A stretch of 63,618 nucleotides of DNA, filler included, from Platydemus manokwari (taxonomy: Eukaryota): assembly GCA_037951405.1 (NCBI GenBank). It is 6 parts of 6 records of this genome, joined end to end, with 100 filler letters (N's around TTAATTAATTAA, not from the genome) between each part and the next. Parts side by side here need not be neighbours in the genome. Positions count along the whole stretch, not along the records: positions 45,334 to 54,524 come from JBBMOY011285539.1; positions 54,625 to 63,618 come from JBBMOY011317427.1; 4 more parts are not named here. The stretch is one strand, 5' to 3'. The notes under the pieces were generated by a model, which saw only the letters and a list, made by a program, of their open reading frames with translations, did not search any database and was not told the DNA's origin. Of the stretch, positions 51,445-63,618 are shown one piece after another; the first letter of the stretch is position 1; each line of letters opens with the position of its first letter. The translations under genes and the position numbers were made by a program.

Positions 51445-54127
51445 AATTTGAAAGACTATATTTTGATTATTATCAATTTTAAAAGCCTATGATATGAAAC
51501 AGATGTCCATGGTGAAAATATTAAGCATAATTAGACATACGTTATTGGAGGTAATATCATGATGAGAAAAAGGAGAATTAATTATCATCCTATCAAAAAC
51601 TATGCGGTGATAATAATCCAATCACATTTCTAAGAATAAAAATCGGTGTCAAAATAAAAAGACAGTCCTTGGATAATCAAAATTCAATCAAGAGATTGAA
51701 AAATCACACAAACAGTCACAAGTATATTAATGCAATACCTAGCAGTTGAAAATCATCAATTAAGTATTCTGGTTGAATCAGATATTGATTAAATCCTACA
51801 TCAACAAATAAAAATCATGAGGTAGACATCAATACGGTCGTACAACTTTTGGTCAATATAAATTTACTAATTAATTCCATTGATTATTTAAATAATTGTA
51901 TTGGTTAATCAATTAATAAATCAATATTAAAGTCTTTATTTTAATATTTACATCAATATTGATAATATAGAAAATTCTAATCAATATTATATTTAAAATA
52001 ATTAAAATTTGCAAATCGATAAAAATTTGGGTGTTGATAAAAAATTTTATTTTCAAAATGGCTTAAATCCTCGATTGAGAATAAAAAACAAGTACGAAAT
52101 TTATTGTGCAAGACAAATATTTTTTGGTGAAAACATCGTTTTTATTATTAACGAACTATTGTTCGATTAGCACAGATATTGATTTCTTAAGCCACTGGTT
52201 AATAAGCGGCTGATTTAAAATTTCTGTATTTTTTAACAGTAAATAAAACACGACTCCTCATGCCAAAGAAGATTTATATCTTCAGTGAATTCAATACTTG
52301 TGGAACATTTAAAAATATATATGGTTAATTCGAATCCACTTAATCGGGACATAATTTCTCGCACAGACATGATGTTTCGATATTGCATTCTAAAAATGCT
52401 TGATTGCACTCGGATACAGCTATTCCGGATATACCTTTTATGTAAAACATTCAGACGCATGACGAAAGAATAAAATCAAGTTAATAAGATCAGAGATTTA
52501 ATCACTATACTTTCAAGGAGCTCTGCGAATTACAGAACAATATTCAATTTCATAACGCTTATCTGAGGATAGGATTAGTAATTTAAATGAAGAATCTTTG
52601 TTGAAAATACTAATTTGTTTAAAGGATTTCTCATAATACACCTTAACCTGCCATGACTATATAAAAATAGTAGCGGGTAGCAGCTTCATTAACTGTTCTT
52701 CTTTCGATAAAGACCAGCTGATACGATATTCCCACCAATGATATTCTCCATGTTTTACCCGAGCCCGTTAACTTAAGATCATTCAACCATTAAGTAGAGA
52801 CATTGTTAAAGATGCCAATCATTGGTGGCAATGAAATAATTCTTATTGAAGTGGAATTAACCAACTCCTGGTTCCCAGATATTTTATATAATCATAAAAT
52901 TCTAGATCAACTATGAGACCAAGTTTCAAACGATATTAGTTGTGATGATTCATATTACAACTCTCCTGATGATCGACACTGGCTTATCATTCACATTTTC
53001 AAATGGTGGTAAACAATTAATGAAGGCCTCATAATTTGCAGATTTCTAGCAGCTTCACAAATATAATGAAGGAATTTATATTGAAGTCTCATCTGAGAAA
53101 ATGAGTTATTATTTCTGCCCTTAATAAATCGTATTTAGTCTATTACGATTTATCTATTTTACCTGCATATATATTTCTCCTGTGCATTTAACCGTAATTA
53201 TTCCATGCTTGCATTATATTGATGAAAATGGTATACTTTGACCTGGTTGTGGGAAAATCTTTTATTCAAATCGAAATTAGCTGGCATTTACTCTATCTGT
53301 GCCATTTAATATTTTGATATTTCTTGATATTTTAAATATTTGATGAATTCTTTTAATCAATAATCATCAATTGTGCTTTGTACTCCTTCCCCAAAATACG
53401 AACTTCGTCGACTTAATAAAAATTAATTCAATAAATAATCGTTCGAATAAAAAACCATTGGATGAATCAATTATGATTGCTTTGCATAGAGCTCAAAAAG
53501 AAAACACAACAAATAAGAAAAGGTAAATAATATTCAATTAACCTCCGTGCTTTCGTTTTCGTGTTCTGTTTTAGCTTTTTTGTTTGAAATAATAATAATT
53601 ACTTTTACATACGAATCTTTCTCACCACTATTGCCAGAATGATAAGTCGAAGTTAATAATTTTTTCCCTTAACAATTAAATCATGGAGAATAAATCTTTT
53701 TGCGAACATATATTTATTCATATGCGTATATCTACATCTCTATATATGTATATACTTTCTCTTCATCTTAACTGAAAAGACAACATCATTAGTCATGAAT
53801 AATTGGATTTGTATAGGAATGATTTGTTTAAATTTATTTATCTTGTTTCTTTCCGTTATTGAATTAACTGCATATCGAATATCGAAAATAATATTAGGAT
53901 AATTTAATATTTTAAATATAGAGATATAAATCTAAAATGTGCCCAATGATATTAAAAATAAAATTTGGTGAATTATAAAAAATTATCAAATATAGTTTTA
54001 TAATTGGCATTTTATAATTTTTAATATTTATTATACTTATATTATGTTTAGTAGCTAATTTGTTTTGTCGACTCATTCATTAATTAACTCAATACATTTT
54101 GATTTAAAATTTGAGTTTATTAAAATT

Positions 54128-54316
54128 AAGTTCAAGTTAAGAAAAGAAGTTCTTTGACCTACTTTAGTAATAATAATTTTATAACTTAATTTTATATATA
54201 ACTGCTAGGTTTGATTTATTGGTATAATTTAGTTAATATCTCAATTTTTAATGATGTCTAATAGGGACAAAACATTGTTTTAAAACCAAGTTCCTTTTTT
54301 AATCACAACATTTCTA
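54128..54316 (+). mobile_element. Left part of a second copy of the Merlin MITE (homologous to 12240-12450), cut by a mariner insertion
   Basis: TIR AAGTTAAGAAAAG. Shared internal blocks TATAACTTAATTTT.TATAT, AGTTAATATC.CAATTTTT, GGACAAAACAT.GTTT.AAAACCAAGTT and AATCACAACA.TTCTA. Confidence 0.75.
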
Positions 54317-54524
54317 CCAAGTGTACCGGTATGAAATGAGCGTTTTTTGTTAAAATGAAACACTAATTTTGAATGGAAAAGTATTGCCTTCTTACCGAAT
54401 TGATCTGTTTTCGCAGTCGATGTTGATGATTGTCCTGGATTAACACGTGATTTTCTCCGTTTAGGATTCTTAAAATAAATCCATTTTTCATCACCAGTGA
54501 GAATTCGATGCAAATTTGATTTTC
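54317..54524 (-). mobile_element. Mos1/mauritiana-like mariner, internally deleted
   Basis: TA then TIR CCAAGTGTACCGGTATGAAATGAGCGTTT, similar to the Mos1 ITR. The transposase reads HRILTGDEKWIYFKNPKRRKS...GKKA, then jumps to the element's 3' end. Confidence 0.9.
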
Positions 54525-54624
54525 NNNNNNNNNNNNNNNNNNNNNNNNNNNNNNNNNNNNNNNNNNNNTTAATTAATTAANNNNNNNNNNNNNNNNNNNN
54601 NNNNNNNNNNNNNNNNNNNNNNNN
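54525..54624. other. Assembly gap/linker
   Basis: N44-TTAATTAATTAA-N44. It is followed by another mariner-like end ...AATTCCGGTTTTTAAGTTATAGACCCAA-TA (~54652-54681). Confidence 0.99.
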
Positions 54625-56982
54625 TTAATAAACACTCAATTGTTCTAAAAAAATTCCGGTTTTTAAGTTATAGACCCAATAATTAATCTCTGACTCCAAA
54701 ACTAGAAGGCTAAAACTTTATATCAAGTGCGTACTACTCAGTTAGGCTTAGAAAATAAATACGCTCAACATACTTTTCAAAATATAAACAAAACCTGGCT
54801 TCCAACTGGCATGTGGCCATCTTTAAATCGATTTATATATTCGAGACTTGTATGCAATTTTTTGTGTCATGTTATATCACATTTTTATTCAATCTTAAAA
54901 TTTTCCATGTTTCTATTGAGTTTTTAAGTTTTTCCATGAATAGGATTGGTCACTCTCTATCTGTGTGTTGTTGTGTGGCTATGTCCATTTTTCCAATGGT
55001 CGTTTACCATCTAACTAAACTGTGATTGGCTGGTGAATATGCCTGTATGGGTTCCAAGGTGCAAATCCGTTTTTCTTTTGCAGAATTTCATCTCACTCAA
55101 TAGAAGGTTTTCATCAGATTTTCATGTTTTTGAGGGATTCTTCATGTCTACTGAATCGTTTATTTCTTTATGCCTGTGTACATAGTTCTCGTGAAAATAA
55201 GGAGTCTATTTCAAATTTGATCGATAATATTGTTATAGTGTGAGATACGTGCGATATAATCTATATAAAATAGGATAATAAAACTTGTTAAAATTAATGA
55301 AAAATGTTAATATAGAGAACACTTAATGATAAAATGAAAATTATAAGTATAGAAAAACAATATTAACCATTAAATTATATTAATAAATGAAAAACTTCGA
55401 TCAAAATGGATACGTTTGGTAAAAAAAAACAAATAACTCACAATTTAAGAAAAAAGCTCATTATCGTACCAGCCCGAGATGAACAAAGATGAACAGACCA
55501 AAGATAGCAAAGTCGCTTAAATCATAATCGCATGAAAGCTGTGCTCAAAATTTGGACAAAAAATTTCAAATTAAATTGAAAATTTATATATTGCACATCT
55601 AATAAATCGTTTATTTTAATGCTTCATCATTATTGAAAGCTTATTCTATTTGAAGAAAAGATAGTTAGATCTTTTACAAGTATATTTCATTTTACTCTAT
55701 TATTAGATTCGTTATTCAATCGAATTGTTTATTATGTAGCAAATGAATTTAATTTTTGTAAAATCAATTTTTACCAAGGCTGTACAAACGACTTTGTGAA
55801 ATTTCTTTAAACTCTATCTTAATTAAAGCATCATCTCTACAGCTATAAAAGTTGATTTTGATCACCGTAAGTGAGTTGGCGTACAGCTATAGATAAATAA
55901 GTCTTATTTCTATTTGATTCAATAATACACGTTTATAATTTATTTGGTGCAATTTTTGGGTAAAAAGCAGTTGAATAAAGTAAGTGGAAATTATTAATTC
56001 ATAAGTAAAGCATCTTGGAATCGATATCATTTGTTGACAATAATTGTACATTGCAATTTGTACTTTAATATCCAGTGAACCTTAAACCGTAACTTCTCTT
56101 TTATAAATACTAAAAATAGTCATCATAAAGCTTTTTTTAAATTTCTTCAGTCACATTGTTTTGGAATGAATCAATTTTTATATTTTATCAATTTAATTTG
56201 AAGTTTTGCATGTTTATGACATTAACATTATTTACAATATTCTTATAAAATGGGATCTCTCTTATGGGTCGTTTACAAAATGAATAAGTAAAGATATAAA
56301 TTCAGTAAATTTTTAATTTTTTAGAAATCCTTGACATAAATATGCGCATAGATCAGTGGGTATATGCTATTTAGTAGTAAATATTTTAAAATTTAATTAA
56401 ACAGATGGTTAAGAATTATAATGAAAAATAACTACATGAATAAATATATATTAAATAACAAACTTAATATTGAAATTATTTTCGAGACAATCGAATTTTA
56501 ATAATACTACCATGCATTAATTTATTGGAACTGAAACTTTTGTTAAATAATTCGAGTTAATCTTTCTGAAAATATTGTTCAAACCACATTATCTAAATTT
56601 CAACATTTAGTATTGAAGTAAGAAATTAATAGTGCCGATGAGACCCTAAAGCAGAAAACAATGATATCATATAGTTCCCATTGGCTTCATTTTACTGGTA
56701 TTTTAATTTAAACATTAAACATTCTAAAACAAAGTTTAAATATTAAAAAAAAATATTTTGTAGTAATTTTTATTGTTTTTAATGGCAATCCAAAAGTCGA
56801 AGTCAGTATTAAATAAGCTTTAAATTTGCAAGTAGATGAATTCCAAAATTAAAAATAACATTACTTAAGAATAAAGCAAAAATAATTTAAACAAAATAAT
56901 TGAAATAACACTGCCGATACTTTTGTTTTATTATGCAAACTTTTAGTTTCAATAATAAAAGTATCAATATTTAAAACTCGAA

Positions 56983-59484
56983 ATGAATACAAATTATATT
57001 TATGTATCAAACATTCCAAGTAATTTTAAACCCGTACTCTTGCTGCATGAATTGGATAACAAATGGGCAAGAATGTTGTATTTAGAGAATACCTTCAGTG
57101 GACTACGTGATGCGTTTATTTATAATCCTACTAAAGCCTTCAATCATTTTCAAAGAGGTGTCGAAAAATTACGTGAAAAAGTCATAGATGGAATGAAACC
57201 ATTGACAGTCTTTTATGTATGGTTTCCTCCGGAAAATGTTTTTATAAGCACAATGGTAATTTATAAATTGGTTTATTTTATAGTTGTTCGAGATTGGTGA
57301 CAATTATCTATATATACATATATCGTTATTTATAACTTTTGGTAGATTCCTGAAGGTGCTTCAATGCTATCATATATTTTTGTGGAGAATTTACACAAAG
57401 ATATAATTACACCTGAAATAATATATGATTTACCTTTGCAAGCTTATGATGTTAAAGCTTGGGATATTCCAGAGAGACATGACAAGTACTGGTACAACAT
57501 ATATTTATATTATCATATTATTATTTATAAATTAAAATAAGACTTATTTGTGTGGATTTTATGCATAAAATATTTTAGATGTATGATTATCAAGTTACCA
57601 GTAACTAGTAACGATGCTTTACGAAGTTTTGTTTTGGGTACATTGCGGAGCAGAGTTATTCGTGGAGTGTTCCCAAGAGCATCGGAATTAATAATTACCG
57701 AAGATTTTGTTTTGAGCACCAATATGGTACCACGTTCAATAAAAATTAATCCAACGTAGGAATTAATAACAATTGTTTAAATCTGTTTGAATTGAAATTT
57801 ATTTTACAGTGAAGATTCTTATATGTCAAATTTCTTCTATTTACATGAAATACCTTCAAAATTAACTGTCAAAATGTTGATCGAAGTGGCGAAAACTGAA
57901 AACATTAAAGGTTGTCGGGTGTTTTTCGTTGAGACAAACAACAATATGAAATATGGATTCATGTATTTACCAAGATCATTACCTCATACAAGATTTATGG
58001 CTTTGTTTGAAAAGTTGTCTTCAATGGAATTTAAATTATCAACTGGTGAAAGTGTTCGAATTAAAATCCAAGAAACGTGGTTTAAACCACCTCTAGCTGA
58101 TCCTCCGAGTGTAAACAGAGAAGATGGTGAAATGATTTTGACAGAATATTTACATTTATCTGGAATACCTGCTAATATGCAAGCAGCACAATTATCTCTC
58201 ACTTATCCATGTCCTTTGAAACTTAGTATTTTTCCCGTTAATGAACAATCAACTCAGTAAGTTTCTTTCGTTTTTTATCATTAAATATAAGACATATTTT
58301 GATTAAATCTGTTTAATTTTAAATTGGAGTAATTTATTGATTGATTAAATATATATATATCAATTATTTAAAATTCATCAGTTTGTTTACAAATAAACAA
58401 ATATTTACATTGTTAAAATGATATGATTTTCAAATAATAACTATTATTATAATGATTTTAATATTTTAGAGTTGGATTTATAGTTGTGCGAGGACTTGTT
58501 GAACATGATGTGTCACATATGATTAATCATTTCCGAAATTTGGAATTAGGAGGAACATCAATTAGTGTTGATGAAGTTTATATTCATTGTCATGGATTAT
58601 CAGATGATATTTCTGAAAGACCTTTTCAATTGATTCCAAGACAAAGTCGAACTGTTGTTGGTAAATCTGTTGATGTTTCAAAGAAACGATTGATTCAAGA
58701 TTCAAACCATAACAACCATTCACCCATTAACATAACATTGACAGAAGTACCACCTGGTGAATATAATTTGATGAAAACGGAATTTGTTTGCATTGATAAT
58801 TTACCGAAAAATATTGCCAAGGCAGCATTGATATTTGATATCGGTCGTCCATCAGATGGATGTGTGATTATTCCACAAAGAGATTCGAGGTTGGTTTCAA
58901 TGGTTTAAACGTTTAAATTTAAACATTTGATAATAATAATAGCAAGGCATTTATATATTATCCTGACTGTGAATATGAAGAATGGAAATCAATACTTTTG
59001 AAATTTGTTCAGAAACAATTTGGGGGACGAAAAACGAATGTTTATGAAGTATATTTGCAAACTGGTGAATTGACAATCAATAATGATTGTGAAGTTTGTT
59101 TTAATAAATATGTATATAAATCAAATGAATGTTTTTATTTCAGCAGTTTGAAAATTCCAACATTATATTTGCATATAATATATCGTATGATGTGGATATT
59201 GAAGAAATCATTAATATCGATCGATCTTCAATATCATATGTAGAATTATTAGAAACAACCAATGGGAGCAAGTATGATTCATAAGATATTGATTATCGAT
59301 TATAAATAATTATTGTAGAAGTGCATTTATTGTATTCAATAATGCTCAACAGAACGAATTGGTATTATTGGAAATCATTCGTAAGACCTATGTTCGTGGT
59401 AAACCAATTTATGCTGATATTATAAAATTGGCCAACATAGGTGTAGGTTCATCCAATAAACGAAAAAGAATGTTCAATGAATAA
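56983..59484 (+). CDS. Six-degenerate-RRM protein, 633 aa; join(56983..57255,57346..57485,57579..57755,57810..58256,58470..58889,58943..59093,59144..59271,59319..59484)
   Basis: All seven introns are GT-AG and the phases join into one frame (1902 nt). Six RNP2-like strands (YIYVSNIP, YIFVENLH, FFYLHEIP, YLHLSGIP, FVCIDNLP, IIFAYNIS) pair with RNP1-like strands (RDAFIY, KCMIIK, KYGFMY, QVGFIV, SKAFIY, KSAFIV). C-terminal NKRKR. Confidence 0.8.
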
Positions 59485-59629
59485 ATGTTTAAATCTTATT
59501 TCCAATTTTTATTTACGATAAATATACTGTAGCTAAAGCACCTTTTTATTATTACATACAAATATATATCCAAATGCGGAAACAGTTGAAAGACAATTAG
59601 TGTATGGAATTGAGTTAAATCGTATTTAA

Positions 59630-62394
59630 CTATAAATTTCCATGACCATTGACTAAATTATTTTTATGAACGTAAAACTGACATTTTAGATGTACAAGGT
59701 ATTGCTGAATAAGAAGGGATATCTCTTTACGTTTAAATTGCAATGCTTGATGTAAACATCTACTAATCATTATATTTTGCAATTTATAAGGCCCTTTGAA
59801 TTTTGTTAGTAATTTGAATACCTCTTTTCCATCTGAAAATATGAAATTAAATCAGTGGTCATATTTAGATTATTAACCTATTTTAGGATGGCGTAAGATA
59901 GTGATTAATTTTTTCACTAAACTTTTATTGTGATAATAATTATCTTTATTTGAGTGAATGTCAATGCTTGGACTTTTGAGAATAGTATTGAATACCACAT
60001 CTTCCTTCAGTCCATTTTTAACTTTGATATCAGTTTCTTGACATTCTAAAACTACACGTTATCTATACAATTATATCGGATATAAATATCACCAGAAATT
60101 TCTGAAAGTGTTGGGCTGGACATGCCACTGCAAATAGAATTGGTTGGCGTTTTCCTCCAATTAAAATAAGTCACGTTCAATGGTAGTGGTCCTAAATAAA
60201 ATTATTGGTGTCGTCAACATAATTTGACAAAAACCTTTAGTTCGTCCCATTTCTGAATTGGATGGTCTTCGACTTAATTTTATACCTTCACCATTCGATA
60301 GCATATCTTCAACAAACTTTTCATCTGCTTCAAATGCATTGGATGTTGATTTCCTTCTAAATGGATTACCAAATGTTTCTTTTCTTTCTGGTGCAGGGTG
60401 TATTTCTTTCAATGGTTCTGGTAGTTTCGAATATTTATAATTGGAGTAATCACCCATTTCTGACATCGGCTGTTCATGTATTAGTTCTCTATCCATGAGT
60501 CTTGTATTATTCAATATAAAATCTTTGAAGTTTCTGATATTTTTATTCACCATTGTTCTTAAATGACACCTATTTACTTTATTTGGCAAGAAATAAGAAT
60601 TCATATCAACTCTGGCAGTTCTATTTAATACTAACTGTACACCTATATTATCACTCAAATCCCCATTCATTTGATTGAATGATCTTTTTAATAAATTTGT
60701 TCCCCTGTGTAAAGTTGCTTTAAGCTCTACGGATGGTAAAATTCTTTGATCCATTTCAAATTGCATTTTAGCTGTTTGCCGAAGCTTTTGTAAGTTACTT
60801 TTCAAATTGAAAGGCAATATTCTTTCAATTGATTCTTGTTTAATTAAATATGGCAAACCAATTCTCTCAAAAGCCCTCGATAATGGCGAAAAATAATATT
60901 TCGGAATTATTCCCAAATAATGAGCGAATTTACTTCCCCATTGGTCATTTATGCGCATTTTTAAAGTATCGTGGAGATTTGACAACAAATCAATTAGAGC
61001 TGGAAAATTGTACGAAAGAACATATAAGTGAACTGATTGAAGATCTGAGCTTGGCTTTAAATAGCCAAATGGATAGTCTTGAGCTTTACCACTTTTAGGT
61101 ACATAACAATGCCAAACAAAATTCGAATCTCTCCTTTCTAATATATATTGAGTCAATGGAGATGGTTCTAATTCATATCTGTCTAATGGAAAATGATCCA
61201 TAATTTTTGGAATATGCATTTTAGTAGTTGAAAAGCAAATTATCGGATGAGCAGATCGTGGCGGCTAGCAAAACATATAATATTAAAGTAAACCAATTTA
61301 AAATTACTAATTTATCATTTAAATGTTCATCTGGCCAGAAAGACTCTGGAATTGGCCAATGAGAATTGGCTGCACCAACACTGGATGATTTAACGTAAAT
61401 CATTTTCTTACAATTATGCCATCTTTGTGATTCGACTTTTAGATTTTCATTATCTAAAATAATAGATATTTAAATATTTGTTAGAAAATCTAAATAGTTT
61501 TTTAATTGTCATTTGACTCAAAAATTAAATTAAAAAAAATACTTTCATCTAATTTCATAAAATGAAGCACAACTCCCGGGTGACATTTTTGTGACAATGA
61601 TTCTAAACATTGATGTAACATCCGTTCATTAGTTATTTTATAAGCACGTCCTAACAAAAATTCAAAAAGGTACAATTAATAAATTTTGTACCCCCAGTCA
61701 CTTCACACATGGAACTGATGGGGCAATCTTCATCAGTAGGAATAAATTTTGGTATTTCAATTTGCTCCATGGGAAATCCCGGAAATCTTAATACAATACT
61801 ATATAGTCTATAATCCCACCTAAATGGTTCTGATGTATATTCATGTCCAGGAACACTAGGACTGAGCATTGGAAGATTCAAATCGCCATTAAGTATACCA
61901 GAATCCGACGTTAATTTACCCCCATCTGTTATACAAATAACAATTGCATGTTCAATTTGACTTGGATATCTTCCCATCCCATAATTTTCAAAACCACTAT
62001 TCATTCGCATTAAATTCAGCATATCAAAAGTTCGTCTTATTCCAACACCTAAACTTGAATATCCATTTGGTTTAATAATGTCCAAAGTTGTGCGTATAGA
62101 ATGAAGATTCTGTTTACATTCATTAGACTGAATTATTTATTATTAATGGAAATATTTAAATTGACGTACCTTTAAATTATTAGGTTCCTTATCAAGACTG
62201 AATATAAAATATCGATCAGAACGTGAAAATTTCAAACGTATCTAAATTTATAAATTAATTAACTTATTAGTTTAATTTTGTACCTTATAAATTTCTTCAA
62301 CACATCCTTTAGCTATATCTAATAATGATGTCCCCAAATAAGTACGCTGATTCATAGAAGCACTATTATCTATCAAAAACACTATTACAGTCAT
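59630..62394 (-). CDS. INTS6: Integrator complex subunit 6; 9 exons (62394-62284, 62241-62170, 62127-61692, 61650-61543, 61453-61308, 61264-60235, 60191-60093, 60045-59878, 59832-59630), 790 aa
   Basis: VWA start MTVIVFLIDNSASMNQRTYLGTSLLDIAKG. Conserved ITDGGKLT, EPFRWDYRL, CEVTGG, HWPIPESFWPD, FPLDRYELEPSPLTQYILER, PFGYLK and FGNPF. C-terminal INTS6/SAGE1-like helical domain (FKLLTKFKG...QFKRK). 2373 nt in frame. Confidence 0.96.
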
Positions 62395-63618
62395 TTTTTA
62401 CTTAATAAACTTTATAAGAAAGTAAAATTTCATATACAGCAACAAAAAATTTTTCGAAAGTAAAATTTTTAAACTGCAATTGTCTATTGAATGCAGGCTA
62501 ATATATTGCAAGTTGTAAAGCCTAAATGCGATTTGATTGGTTTGCTTTAAAATGTATGGGGCTCACTATAAAGTAAAAATTACAAACAAATTTAAACAAC
62601 GATAATAAATTTTTAATAAATTAATTTAATTTAAACTCAATACACAAATCTAGTTATATTACAATTTTAACTAACAACCATTTAATTTCATAAAATAAAT
62701 AAATATTTAAAATATTGTATATTATGAGCCTCATTTTTAAAAAGTGCCAATTGAGCTTTAAACAAACACGTGTTTTCAAACTTTATACTATTGTTCCAAA
62801 TTGTAAACGGATTTTTCTAAATTGTATTTTAAGACTGTAATATAATTTCTTACTAAATAAATATATTTTAATAAATGATTCTCGAAATCTAATTAATATA
62901 ATTTAATATAGTCACTGGAAACAGTTTATAATTTAAATTACTTTATATATTAGCTTTATTTAATAACACATTTAATAATTTCGATTTTTAAAACTCGTCT
63001 TTTACCTATTATAATGCTAAATAACCGAAACGGATATTAATTTAGATATATGAATTAATATAAAATTTATATAACAGCAATTTTATTCAAAACATAATAA
63101 TAATTAAATCTGCTTTTTGCATGTTTTCAATTCAAATAATACGTTTATAGAAAACTTATAAATCATATCACGTATTATGGTGTTAATAAAATAAGTATGA
63201 TTCTAATATTTTCCCCATTGGCATTCAAGTTGAATTTCTTTTAATTAAATGTTCTCATAGTTACTTATTTAATATATTTGAACTACCATTTATTTGCTTA
63301 TTTATTGTAAATTTGAAAATTATTTGAGGTTTCATCAAAAAATTGTCATTCGTTTTAAATGATCGTTTGTGATATTTATTTATTTAAGTAACTCTTGCAT
63401 GTATTTAATCAAAATATTTATTTTACGGTTGTGATTTAGGAATAGTAATCCTAAAAACTCATTTGTCTCAATTGTCTTACAAGAATTAATTATTAATGTT
63501 TAAATTTACTTCTGTTTACAAGACTCGATATGCCTGTTCATGTTTTAATACGTTATTTATTTAAATACATATACTGATAAACATTATATTTGAATTATAA
63601 TATTCTGAAAATGATTTA

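Noticed and set aside
52230-53400. Decayed coding-like DNA (similar stretches at 600-3300, 13200-16700, 28300-28740, 43540-44450, 46400-47560, 54700-55200)
   Set aside because: Probably old transposon or viral remnants, but I could not recognise diagnostic motifs with enough confidence to name them.
60046-60092. Apparent frameshift or stop in INTS6
   Set aside because: Resolved by a 47-nt GT-AG intron (GTGATA...TTTTAG) that restores the frame.

Overview
Very AT-rich metazoan nuclear DNA with tiny GT-AG introns (43-90 nt) and abundant mariner, Merlin and gypsy debris. This is consistent with a planarian-type flatworm genome, but the taxon is my inference. The window is six contigs joined by artificial 100-nt N44-TTAATTAATTAA-N44 linkers. 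Manual splicing gives six protein-coding loci, most of which the ORF track fragments or misses. (1) An ENPP4/5-like ectonucleotide pyrophosphatase whose TM anchor and tail are in a second exon (minus, 8542-5580). (2) A secreted PAN/apple domain fused to a TCAF/FAM115-like N-terminal domain, interrupted by one in-frame TAG at a conserved-looking Trp position (31005-31883). (3) V-ATPase subunit G (33923-34367). (4) A 188-aa, very divergent TRF2/TBPL1-like TBP-family paralogue (38936-43130). (5) A 633-aa protein of six degenerate RRM-like repeats, four of which carry an intron at the identical position and phase (56983-59484). (6) Integrator subunit 6 (minus, 62394-59630), tail-to-tail with gene 5. 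The rest is mostly decayed transposons (Merlin/IS1595-like, mariner, Tc2/pogo-like, Ty3/gypsy, LINE-like, a Polinton/Maverick-like relic) plus two candidate spliced non-coding transcripts. The most novel candidates are the divergent TBP-family factor, the six-RRM protein and the PAN-TCAF fusion. All family calls come from motif recognition by eye; no searches were run.
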